This document shows, piece after piece, positions 9,528 to 18,204 of a DNA stretch of 64,000 nucleotides (its first letter is position 1; every line of letters begins with the position of its first letter). This DNA comes from an uncultured Halanaerobiales bacterium (GTDB lineage: Bacteria > Bacillota > Halanaerobiia > B1SED10-174), in the NCBI GenBank assembly GCA_964568715.1, contig CAZMQU010000001.1, forward strand, positions 23,932-87,931, read 5' to 3'. Made by a program: the position numbers and the translations under genes. The notes below the pieces were generated by a model. It searched no databases and had not been told where the DNA came from. It saw only the letters and a program-made list of their open reading frames with translations.

Positions 9528-9549
9528 TAGCGGTAATGGGGTGATATGA

Positions 9550-10440
9550 GTGATAGGATTAAAGAATTTAAAGGTAGGCTTTATTGGCGGTGATAAACGA
9601 GAGACCATATTGATGCAATACTTGCAAAGGCAGGGGGCAAAAATAAGCATACTGGGGCTCCCGCCCGCCGCTGTCGATGCTGAAGCATTTCATCGGCCGG
9701 AGGATTTTTTTGCTGCCGTTGAAATTGTTATTGGGCCCTTACCTGGTACCGATGCAGAGGGTTACATAAGAGGAGCTTACTTGCCGGGCGGTTTGCGGCT
9801 CGATGAGGAATTTTTCAAAAAACTTGGTTCAAATAAACCAATGATTATTGGTATGATGCCGGCAAACTTGGTCGATAAAGGCCTTGCCATGGGTGCAAAC
9901 ATCATCCTCAGTGCCGATTTGGATGAGATCGCCGTATTAAATGCAATCCCCACTGCCGAGGGAGCTATTCAAATAGCTTTGGCGGAAAGTGAAAGGACTT
10001 TATTCGGCAATACATCTGTTGTTCTGGGTTTGGGGAGAGTAGGGCGTGTTATGGGGCATCGTTTAGCCCTTTTAGGTTCAAAGGTATACGGTGTTACCAG
10101 AAGTCCGGCTGCCCACGCCTGGGGGCTTGACCTGGGCATAAAACCGGCCGGCTATGCTGACTTGGATTCAATATTGCCCCAAGCCCATTTTATATTTAAT
10201 ACGGTGCCGGCCATGGTTATGCCTGAAAAGGTTTTAAAGCTTTGCAACAGCGAAACAATTATTATTGATTTGGCTTCCGCTCCGGGTGGGGTCGATTTTG
10301 ACAGTGCAAAAAGGTTGGGCATTAAGGCCTTATTGTGTTTGGGCTTGCCTGGCAAGCTTTTCCCCTGCTCAGCGGGAGAAATATTGTGCCAAACATATCC
10401 GCGCTTGCTTCTGAAAGCGTTGGCAAAAAGTGAAGAGTAA
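9550..10440 (+). CDS. dpaA: Dipicolinate synthase subunit A (SpoVFA)
   Basis: IGGDKRE, NAIPTAEGAI, IIDLASAPGGVDF, GLPGK motifs; operon position. Confidence 0.93.
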   Translation: MIGLKNLKVGFIGGDKRETILMQYLQRQGAKISILGLPPAAVDAEAFHRPEDFFAAVEIVIGPLPGTDAEGYIRGAYLPGGLRLDEEFFKKLGSNKPMIIGMMPANLVDKGLAMGANIILSADLDEIAVLNAIPTAEGAIQIALAESERTLFGNTSVVLGLGRVGRVMGHRLALLGSKVYGVTRSPAAHAWGLDLGIKPAGYADLDSILPQAHFIFNTVPAMVMPEKVLKLCNSETIIIDLASAPGGVDFDSAKRLGIKALLCLGLPGKLFPCSAGEILCQTYPRLLLKALAKSEE

Positions 10441-10459
10441 ATTTATTCAAGGAGGATGA

Positions 10460-11056
10460 ATGGCAGTGTTAAAGGGTTTGCGTGTTGGCTTTGCTTTTAC
10501 CGGTTCCTTTTGTACTTTTGAAAATGTGTTGCCGGCCTTGGAGGAAATGGTCGAGAACGGAGCTATTGTGACCCCCATATTTTCCCCGGCAGCGGCATCA
10601 ACTGACACACGCTTTGGAACGGCCTCCCATTGGCGGCAAAGCGTCGAACAAATAACCGGTCAGGAAATTATATTTGAATGTGTCGACGCTGAACCCATTG
10701 GGCCGCGGGGTTTGCTGGATTTGATGGTGATTGCCCCTTGTACGGGTAATACCTTAGCCAAACTTGCCCATGGCATTTCCGACGGGCCGGTCTTGCTTGG
10801 TACAAAGGCCCATTTGCGTAATGGCAGGCCGGTTTTGTTGGCTATAGCCACCAATGACGGTTTAGGTAATAATGCAGCGAATATAGGACGTTTGTTGAAT
10901 ACCAAAAACATCTATTTTGTGCCTTTCGGCCAAGATGATCCTTTTAATAAAGGAAATTCTCTGATTGCCCATATGGAATATATATGTCAGGCGGCAGAGG
11001 CGGCGATGAACGGAGAACAAATACAGCCGGTTCTCCTATCTTATGAGTCGAGGTGA
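10460..11056 (+). CDS. dpaB: Dipicolinate synthase subunit B (SpoVFB)
   Basis: TGSFCT, APCTGNTLAKLA, KAHLRNGRP, TNDGL, FGQDDP, QIQP motifs. Confidence 0.95.
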   Translation: MAVLKGLRVGFAFTGSFCTFENVLPALEEMVENGAIVTPIFSPAAASTDTRFGTASHWRQSVEQITGQEIIFECVDAEPIGPRGLLDLMVIAPCTGNTLAKLAHGISDGPVLLGTKAHLRNGRPVLLAIATNDGLGNNAANIGRLLNTKNIYFVPFGQDDPFNKGNSLIAHMEYICQAAEAAMNGEQIQPVLLSYESR

Positions 11057-12084
11057 GGAAGTTGAAAGTAGGAATTGTTGGAGCAACGGGTTTAGTCGGC
11101 AGAAAATTTATTGAATTGCTGGAAGAAAGAGAGTTCCCCATCGAAGAGTTGCATTTGTTTGCTTCGGAAAGATCGAAGGGAAAATTGATGCAATTCAAAG
11201 AGGATAATATAGAGGTGGAAAGTTTGGCGGCAGCAAAAAACATGCTACTCGATGTCGTTTTTGTTGCCACCGGTTCCGACATCAGTCGCCAATGGGTTCC
11301 CCTGTTTTTGGCGAATGGTGCCACAGTTATCGATAACAGCAGTTGTTGGCGGATGGAGGAAGACGTGCCTTTGGTCGTACCGGAGGTAAACTATGAATCT
11401 ATCAAAGCAGATAACAAGCTAATTGCCAATCCAAATTGTGTCGTAAGTCAATTGGTCGTTGCCTTAAAACCGATTTTTGATAATTTCACCGTAGAGGAAA
11501 TATTTTTGACCAGTCTGCAGTCTGTTTCCGGAGCCGGAACAAAGGGTATAGCTGACCTGACCATCGGCAGCAATAATTATCATGGTAGGAAAAGTTATAA
11601 TGAAACGGAAGGATTCTTTATCCGACCAATCGCCCACAACCTGATACCGCAAATAGGTTCCATGAATTCTGACGGGGTGACCGGTGAAGAGGAAAAAGTG
11701 ATTGAGGAAACGAGGAAAATATTTTCCTGCCCAGATTTGAAAATGGCGGTTACTTGTGTAAGGGTCCCTGTCTATTACGGCCACAGCATATCGATTACCG
11801 TCAAAGTGGCCGAGAGGTGTACTTTGCAGGAATTTGTCGCTTCTTTTAGAGGTGCAAAAGGGATTGCCGAGTTCGGCCTGCCCAGCGAATATATTACCCC
11901 TCGTGATTTAACGGCGGAAGGTGCCGTCCATGTAGGTCGAATAAGACAAGGAGCAGGTATGGAGGGTTGCTTCTCCCTGTGGGTCGTTGCCGATAACCTT
12001 TTAAAGGGTGCTGCTTTGAATGCTATCCAGATAGCTGAATCTTTGTTTGCGGAGAAGAATGCTGCTGTTAGGGGTGTGTATTAA
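11053..12084 (+). CDS. asd: Aspartate-semialdehyde dehydrogenase
   Basis: VGATGLVG, IANPNC, QSVSGAG, CVRVPV, DNLLKGAALNAIQIAE. Confidence 0.95.
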   Translation: MRKLKVGIVGATGLVGRKFIELLEEREFPIEELHLFASERSKGKLMQFKEDNIEVESLAAAKNMLLDVVFVATGSDISRQWVPLFLANGATVIDNSSCWRMEEDVPLVVPEVNYESIKADNKLIANPNCVVSQLVVALKPIFDNFTVEEIFLTSLQSVSGAGTKGIADLTIGSNNYHGRKSYNETEGFFIRPIAHNLIPQIGSMNSDGVTGEEEKVIEETRKIFSCPDLKMAVTCVRVPVYYGHSISITVKVAERCTLQEFVASFRGAKGIAEFGLPSEYITPRDLTAEGAVHVGRIRQGAGMEGCFSLWVVADNLLKGAALNAIQIAESLFAEKNAAVRGVY

Positions 12085-13316
12085 TGGGGGTGGCAGGATA
12101 CAATGATATTATTGTCCAAAAATTCGGCGGAACTTCTTTGTCTTCACTGGAAAATATTGATAGGGCCGTTACCAAAATTATCGCTGCCTTGGAAAAAGGC
12201 TTTCGCCCCGTGGCAATCGTATCAGCCATGGGCAGAGCCGGTAGCCCTTATGCAACCGATACTCTTTTAAATGCACTGCGTGAAGCCAGCCCCGGCGCAG
12301 CTGCCCGGGAAAAAGATCTTTTGATGTCATGCGGCGAAATAATAAGTACGGTTTTCATTACATCAATTCTCCGGGAGAGAGGTTTTCCGGCGGTTGCCAT
12401 GACCGGCGGCCAAGCAGGAATTATTACCAACAACAACTATGGTGAAGCCAAGATTCTGCGTGTCAAACCCGATAAGGTGCGGGAGGCTTTGGCTGAAGGT
12501 ATAATTCCTGTTGTAGCGGGTTTTCAAGGCCGGACCCCGGAAGGAGATGTAACTACTTTAGGTCGCGGTGGCAGCGATATAACGGCTTCTGTCATTGCAG
12601 TCGCCTTGAATGCTTCTCTTTTGGAGATATATACTGATGTCGACGGGGTGCTAACGGCTGATCCTCAAAAAGTGCCTGATGCCCAGGTTCTGCCGGAAGT
12701 ATCTTACGAAGAGATATTGGAATTGGCCGCCCAAGGGGCTAAGGTGATTCATCCGCAGGCGGTAAAGATTGCCGGTAAAAGGAATATGCCTATTAAAATA
12801 TTACCTACGTTTAGTGATAAGCCCGGAACCCTCATTAAAGCCAAAAGCAAATATAGCAGTTCACCCGAGAGGATAGTTACGGGAATAACCAGCAAAAACA
12901 ATAAGGTTTATGTGGAAGTTCAAAGTAAAGAAGGCTACAAGGGTCATTGCAATTTGCAAACCCTCAAGTCTTTATACGAAAATAATATCGGCGTTGATTT
13001 TTTAAGTTTACAGCCATCATCTTTATCGTTTATAGTCGGCAAAAAATTTATAGGTAAGATGGAAGAAATTTTTGCAGAAAAATATATATATAATTACGAA
13101 AACGGCTTCTGTAAAGTTACGATTATCGGCAGTGAATTTTTCTGTGGATACAGGATTCTAAGTGACGCATTGGCGGCACTGCAGAAGGAGAATATAGCCA
13201 TACAACAGGTTAGGGATAGCCAATCTACGGTCTCATTGCTCTTAAGAGAGAGCGACGAAGAGGATGCTTTGAAGACCCTGCATAAAAAATTCAGGCTTGA
13301 GGAGGTTGTTTTATGA
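12084..13316 (+). CDS. dapG: Aspartate kinase (DapG-like)
   Basis: VQKFGGTS, SAMGR, TLGRGGSD, YTDVDGVLTADP; position between asd and dapA. Confidence 0.88.
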   Translation: MGVAGYNDIIVQKFGGTSLSSLENIDRAVTKIIAALEKGFRPVAIVSAMGRAGSPYATDTLLNALREASPGAAAREKDLLMSCGEIISTVFITSILRERGFPAVAMTGGQAGIITNNNYGEAKILRVKPDKVREALAEGIIPVVAGFQGRTPEGDVTTLGRGGSDITASVIAVALNASLLEIYTDVDGVLTADPQKVPDAQVLPEVSYEEILELAAQGAKVIHPQAVKIAGKRNMPIKILPTFSDKPGTLIKAKSKYSSSPERIVTGITSKNNKVYVEVQSKEGYKGHCNLQTLKSLYENNIGVDFLSLQPSSLSFIVGKKFIGKMEEIFAEKYIYNYENGFCKVTIIGSEFFCGYRILSDALAALQKENIAIQQVRDSQSTVSLLLRESDEEDALKTLHKKFRLEEVVL

Positions 13317-14203
13317 CTTACTTTGGCAGGTTAATCACTGCCATGGTTACACCATTTGGTGATGATCTTTCGATTGACGGAAGTAAAGTTCAACTACTGA
13401 CGAGGTACTTAATTGAAGAACAAAAAACCGATGCTATTGTTGTTGCAGGAACAACCGGAGAAGCCCCTACGTTGACAGGGGAAGAACGATTGGAACTGTT
13501 TCGCCTTGTAGTTGATGCGGCAAACGGAGATTGCCAGGTATTGGGGGGAACCGGAACGAACAGTACGGCCACTACGGTAGATCTTTCTCAAAGAACCAAA
13601 GGTATTGGTCTTGATGGAATAATGGTTGTCGTCCCTTACTATAACAAACCCACTCAGGAGGGTGTCTATGCCCACTTTGCAACTGTGGCGGCAAAGGTTG
13701 ATTTACCGATGATGGTATACAATGTGCCCGGTCGTACCGGGATGAATGTCGGTCTGGAAACTTTGTGCCGGCTGGCCGATATTGAACAGATAAAAGCATT
13801 GAAAGAAGCAACCTTGGATTTTGATAAGATTGCATTGCTAAGGAAAGAAGTCGGCAACGATTTTGCTATTTACAGCGGTGATGATAATTTAACTTTGCCC
13901 CATTTAGCAGTTGGTTGTGACGGTGTTGTCAGCGTAGCTTCTCATGTTGCCGGAACCCGGATTAAAAGGATGATTGAATTATTTAAAGACGAGGTATCCA
14001 ATGAAAGGGCTTTGGAGCTTCATATGGAACTGTTGCCCGTATTTCAAAGTGTTTTCCAAACTACCAATCCGATACCCATTAAGGCTGCTTTGGCCATGGT
14101 GGGGCAAGATGTCGGCGGTTTGCGCCCTCCTTTACAAAGAGCTGGGGAAGATGATAAAGAAGCGATAAGAAAACTATTGGTAGAAGGTAAGGTTCTGAAT
14201 TAA
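13313..14203 (+). CDS. dapA: 4-hydroxy-tetrahydrodipicolinate synthase
   Basis: ITAMVTPF, GTTGE, PYYNKP, YNVPGRTG, catalytic KEA, YSGDD, NPIPIK. Confidence 0.95.
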   Translation: MTYFGRLITAMVTPFGDDLSIDGSKVQLLTRYLIEEQKTDAIVVAGTTGEAPTLTGEERLELFRLVVDAANGDCQVLGGTGTNSTATTVDLSQRTKGIGLDGIMVVVPYYNKPTQEGVYAHFATVAAKVDLPMMVYNVPGRTGMNVGLETLCRLADIEQIKALKEATLDFDKIALLRKEVGNDFAIYSGDDNLTLPHLAVGCDGVVSVASHVAGTRIKRMIELFKDEVSNERALELHMELLPVFQSVFQTTNPIPIKAALAMVGQDVGGLRPPLQRAGEDDKEAIRKLLVEGKVLN

Positions 14204-14216
14204 AGAAAATTAAGTG

Positions 14217-14462
14217 AAAGGTACTGAAAACCAAGCTTTAAGGGAATTGATGTGCTTGGTTTTCTTGTACTTTTTTTATGTATACTGCAGTAAGCAGTAT
14301 ACAGGTAAGGTTAAAAGTACTGAAAACCAAGCTTTGGGGGAATTGATGGTGCTTGGTTTTCTTGTACCTTTTTTTGTGTATACCGTAATAAACGGTATAC
14401 CGGTAAGGTAAAAGGTACTGAAAACCAAGCTTTAAGGGAATTGATGGTGCTTGGTTTTCTTG
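14217..14462. repeat. Structured tandem repeat, period 96-98 bp, about 2.5 copies
   Basis: Copies start at 14217, 14313 and 14411; arms GTACTGAAAACCAAGC and GCTTGGTTTTCTTGTAC alternate in orientation; inner palindromes GTATACTGC/GCAGTATAC and GTATACCGT/ACGGTATAC. Confidence 0.95.
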
Positions 14463-14488
14463 TTTTATTTGGGTTTTTGGGGTATAAT
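14460..14488 (+). promoter_or_regulatory. Candidate sigma-A promoter for rnj
   Basis: TTGTTT-N17-TATAAT; RBS AGGAGGT at 14519. Confidence 0.55.
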
Positions 14489-14537
14489 AAGTTTAGTTTT
14501 TTTTGCCTGTTACCAATTAGGAGGTGTCTTATATTTT

Positions 14538-16190
14538 ATGTCAGTAGTACGCGCTATCCCCTTGGGTGGGGTTGGCGAAATTGGAAAGAATATGATGTTG
14601 ATTGAGATTGACGGTCGCATTTTAATTATTGATGCGGGAGTCATGTTTCCCGAAGAAGATCATTTGGGTATAGACTTGGTTATTCCGGATATTTCTTATC
14701 TTTTGGATAATAAAGAGATGATTGACGGTATAGTTCTTACCCATGGGCACGAGGATCATATTGGAGCTTTACCTTATGTGTTGAAAGAAATAAACGTGCC
14801 GGTTTACGGAACAAGGCTTACCTTAGGTTTAGTCGATGCAAAGTTAAAGGAGCATACGTTCTGCCAAGAAATAATTTTAAATGAAATTGCCCCGGGTGAG
14901 CCGATTAAAATTGGTTCTTTTGAAATTGAACTTATCAGAGTAAATCATAGTATCGCTGATACTTGTGCTCTGGCTGTGGAAACACCCAAAGGACCGATAA
15001 TTTATGCCAGTGATTTTAAATTTGACCAAACGCCGATTGATGGAATTGTAGCTGATTTTCATAAGTTGGGCGGCTACGGTGACAGAGGGGTTTTAGCCCT
15101 TTTTTCTGACAGTACCAATGCCGAACGGGAGGGGCTTTCCCTTAGCGAGAAGGTTGTCGGTGACAAAATCGATTCGGTTTTTTCTACCACAAGAGGTCGC
15201 ATAATAATTGCCACTTTTGCTTCCAATGTTCACAGAGTCCAGCAGGTGGTTGATGCTGCTTATGCTTACAAGCGGAAAGTAGCAATTATCGGGCGTAGTA
15301 TGATCAACAACTGCCAGATTGCCGCTGAGTTGGGATATTTACATATTCCTGCCGACATGATTGTTGATATTGACCAAATTCAGAATATGGATCCCGACCG
15401 AATTACAATATTGACGACGGGGAGTCAGGGAGAGCCCATGGCGGCACTGACCCGCATCGCCCGTGGTGAACACCGACAAATCCGTATTATACCAGGTGAC
15501 ACGGTCATGGTTTCCGCTTCGCCAATACCCGGCAACGAGCGTTTGGTCGGTGAAACCATCAATAAATTATTTCGCCTCGGTGCCAATGTCATTTATCAGG
15601 CTATAACGGGTGTGCATGTTTCAGGCCATGCCAATAGGGAAGAACTCAAGTTGATGTTTAATTTGGTCCGTCCCCAATACTTTGTTCCAGTGCATGGAGA
15701 ATACCGCCATCTGTACCATCATGCCCAATTGGTGGAAACGCTGGGACTCAATAAGGAAAATATCTTTATTTTGGATCCCGGCAGTATCTTGGAATTCAAG
15801 GAAGACGGTGCGGAGGTTGTCGATACTTTCAATGCCGAAAATATTTTAATTGACGGTTTGGGTATCGGGGATGTGGGCAATGTAGTCTTGCGGGAAAGGC
15901 GTTTGCTTAGCGAAGACGGAATCTTGGTTGTGGTTATGTCCATCGATAAAGATGGGAACGTCGTTGCCGGTCCGGATATTATAACCAGAGGTTTTGTCTA
16001 TATTAAAGAGTCGGAAGATTTGATAAAGGATGCCGTCGTGGTTGTGGAAGAAGTCTTAAAAAATAATGATTATGGAAAAAACATGCCTTGGTCGCGGTTG
16101 AAAAGCAGGATCCGTTCTGCCCTTTCGAACTTCGTTATTCATAGGTTGAGAAGGCGGCCCATGATACTACCCATAATAATGGAAGTATAA
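14538..16190 (+). CDS. rnj: Ribonuclease J
   Basis: PLGGVGEIGKN, THGHEDHIG, DSTNA, TGSQGEPMAAL, HVSGHA, PVHGEYRH; ATG at 14538 after RBS. Confidence 0.96.
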   Translation: MSVVRAIPLGGVGEIGKNMMLIEIDGRILIIDAGVMFPEEDHLGIDLVIPDISYLLDNKEMIDGIVLTHGHEDHIGALPYVLKEINVPVYGTRLTLGLVDAKLKEHTFCQEIILNEIAPGEPIKIGSFEIELIRVNHSIADTCALAVETPKGPIIYASDFKFDQTPIDGIVADFHKLGGYGDRGVLALFSDSTNAEREGLSLSEKVVGDKIDSVFSTTRGRIIIATFASNVHRVQQVVDAAYAYKRKVAIIGRSMINNCQIAAELGYLHIPADMIVDIDQIQNMDPDRITILTTGSQGEPMAALTRIARGEHRQIRIIPGDTVMVSASPIPGNERLVGETINKLFRLGANVIYQAITGVHVSGHANREELKLMFNLVRPQYFVPVHGEYRHLYHHAQLVETLGLNKENIFILDPGSILEFKEDGAEVVDTFNAENILIDGLGIGDVGNVVLRERRLLSEDGILVVVMSIDKDGNVVAGPDIITRGFVYIKESEDLIKDAVVVVEEVLKNNDYGKNMPWSRLKSRIRSALSNFVIHRLRRRPMILPIIMEV

Positions 16191-16412
16191 TTACCAACTA
16201 AGATCTTTTGGGTGAAGAATTGCCGGTTGCATTGATTAAACGGTTGCAATGATTAACTTGTGTTTACAAGAATAACATCTATTTATATTGTATTGCGTTC
16301 CTTACAGATAGCTTGCGACAATTAAACAAAGTCAACGGATATTTGTGCCTTTGAAAGGTATAAAAAACCTACCTCCCGGCAAAATACTAAAGAAAGACGG
16401 GAGGGACTTAAT

Positions 16413-17150
16413 TTGCTGAATATATATACCAATTGCAACGAAGAAGATGATAGTAACAAGGAAGAAGCCGGCAAGGATGAATGTGCAGATAACGTTGCGG
16501 AAAATATCGAGGCCTTAGGCCAGGTTGAACCACCGCCATCGCCCAATTCTGATATCCACTGTTTGACCATTATCGGCCAGATTGAGGGGCATATGGTTTT
16601 GCCGCCCAAGAATAAAACAACTAAATATGAGCATTTGATACCCCAATTGGTGGCCATAGAACAAAATAATGATATAAAGGGTTTGCTGGTTATTCTCAAT
16701 ACCGTCGGCGGCGACATCGAAGCCGGGTTGGCCATAGCGGAAATTATTGCTTCTTTGACCAAGCCTTCTGTTTCACTGGTATTGGGTGGGGGCCATAGCA
16801 TAGGTGTGCCAATAGCTGTGGCAACCTCAAAATCTTTCATTGCCCAAACTGCATCGATGACTATTCATCCTATCAGGCTGACGGGATTATTGATTGGTAT
16901 TCCCCAAACTTTTGAGTACATGGAAAAAATGCAAGATAGGGTTGTCAGATTTGTTGCCGAACATTCCCAGATTTCTCCGGACAGGTTTCGCACGCTAATG
17001 TTTCATACCGGGGAGCTGGTCAGGGATGTCGGCACCGTGTTGATCGGTGAAAGTGCCGTTAAGGAGGGAATCATCGATTCCGTTGGCGGCTTGAGTGACG
17101 CCTTGGCCTGTTTGCACGATTTAATTGAAGAAAGAGGCGAAGGCGAATGA
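16413..17150 (+). CDS. tepA: ClpP-like protease TepA (YmfB)
   Basis: [36 protein letters not shown]; followed by ylzJ-like gene. Confidence 0.9.
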   Translation: MLNIYTNCNEEDDSNKEEAGKDECADNVAENIEALGQVEPPPSPNSDIHCLTIIGQIEGHMVLPPKNKTTKYEHLIPQLVAIEQNNDIKGLLVILNTVGGDIEAGLAIAEIIASLTKPSVSLVLGGGHSIGVPIAVATSKSFIAQTASMTIHPIRLTGLLIGIPQTFEYMEKMQDRVVRFVAEHSQISPDRFRTLMFHTGELVRDVGTVLIGESAVKEGIIDSVGGLSDALACLHDLIEERGEGE

Positions 17151-17371
17151 TGCACTATTCAATCATTCCTTGGGAAAACATTTCGGTAGATTATGACGGT
17201 TTTAATCCAAAGTATAAAACAATTTATATGGACGGAGTGGAGGTGCAAATTCTTTGCAAAGGGGGGGACTGCTACGAAATTGTGCGCATCCATTCAAGTG
17301 ATCCGCAGGTATATCTCAATCCCAATTTACAACCGGGTTTGAATATTGAGCTAAAATTTCTTGTTAAGTAA
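17147..17371 (+). CDS. YlzJ-like protein
   Basis: Small ORF after tepA with [18 protein letters not shown] (STDPxDYLxPxxQPG-like). Confidence 0.8.
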   Translation: MMHYSIIPWENISVDYDGFNPKYKTIYMDGVEVQILCKGGDCYEIVRIHSSDPQVYLNPNLQPGLNIELKFLVK

Positions 17372-17382
17372 TATAATGGTAG

Positions 17383-18186
17383 ATGGGGAGGGATGGATTG
17401 TTGTCGACGATTAAAGCAATTATTCTTGGTATAATACAAGGTTTGACAGAGTTTTTACCGGTAAGCAGTTCCGGCCACTTGGTTTTATTCAGAGGTCTTT
17501 TGGATTTTCAGGCAGGGCTGCTGACTTTTGAAATATTGCTCCATTTGGCAACCGCTTTGTCGGTTATCATCGTTTTTTGGTCTGATATAAAGGGCTTGTT
17601 TAGATTCAGAGATCCGGTTCAACGCAGATTTTTATTGCTTTTAACCGCAAGCGTTATTCCCACAGGTATTATGGGTGTTTTGTTCGAAGATTATGTGGAA
17701 TCCTTATTCAGTTCTCCTTTTTTGGTAGGTCTGATGCTTTTGATAACCGGACTTATTCTTTTTCTGTCTGCGCGACTTTATAAGGGAAATAAAAATATTA
17801 CTGATATCAGCTTTTTAGATGCAGTCTTAATCGGTATCGGTCAGGGCATTGCTATCATTCCGGGGATATCCCGTTCGGGAATGACGATTGTTACGGCTTT
17901 AGCACGGCGCATGGATCGTGAATTGGCTGCCAAGTACTCCTTTATATTATCCTTGCCCGTTATTTTAGGAGCGGGCATCTTGCGGAGCAAAGATTTAATT
18001 CGGATGGGCAACGGCGTCAACCTTGCACCGATGTTTATCGGTGCTTTGGCGGCCCTTTTGGTCGGCTATTTTGCCATAAAGTTTTTAACAAAACAGATTG
18101 CCAAGGGACGACTCCATTACTTTTCCTATTATTGTTGGTCCGTAGGCCTTATAGTCATTTTCCAGCATTTATTTTCAAACAACTAA
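17383..18186 (+). CDS. uppP: Undecaprenyl-diphosphate phosphatase
   Basis: GIIQGLTEFLPVSSSGHL and PGISRSG motifs. Confidence 0.95.
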   Translation: MGRDGLLSTIKAIILGIIQGLTEFLPVSSSGHLVLFRGLLDFQAGLLTFEILLHLATALSVIIVFWSDIKGLFRFRDPVQRRFLLLLTASVIPTGIMGVLFEDYVESLFSSPFLVGLMLLITGLILFLSARLYKGNKNITDISFLDAVLIGIGQGIAIIPGISRSGMTIVTALARRMDRELAAKYSFILSLPVILGAGILRSKDLIRMGNGVNLAPMFIGALAALLVGYFAIKFLTKQIAKGRLHYFSYYCWSVGLIVIFQHLFSNN

Positions 18187-18204
18187 AGTTGAGGAGGCCA
18201 AAAG

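Noticed and set aside
14214-14411. 65-aa ORF over the tandem repeat, and the 14451 extension of rnj
   Set aside because: Both are translations of the repeat or promoter DNA; the real rnj start is the ATG at 14538 after AGGAGGT
14217-14462. Repeat as CRISPR array or integron attC
   Set aside because: The intervening segments are near-identical palindromes rather than unique spacers; no RYYYAAC/GTTRRRY boxes, cassette ORFs, cas or integrase genes
16358-16390. sigma-G/F promoter for tepA
   Set aside because: GTATA and AATACTA are present but 20 nt apart; plausible from B. subtilis biology yet not supported well enough to list
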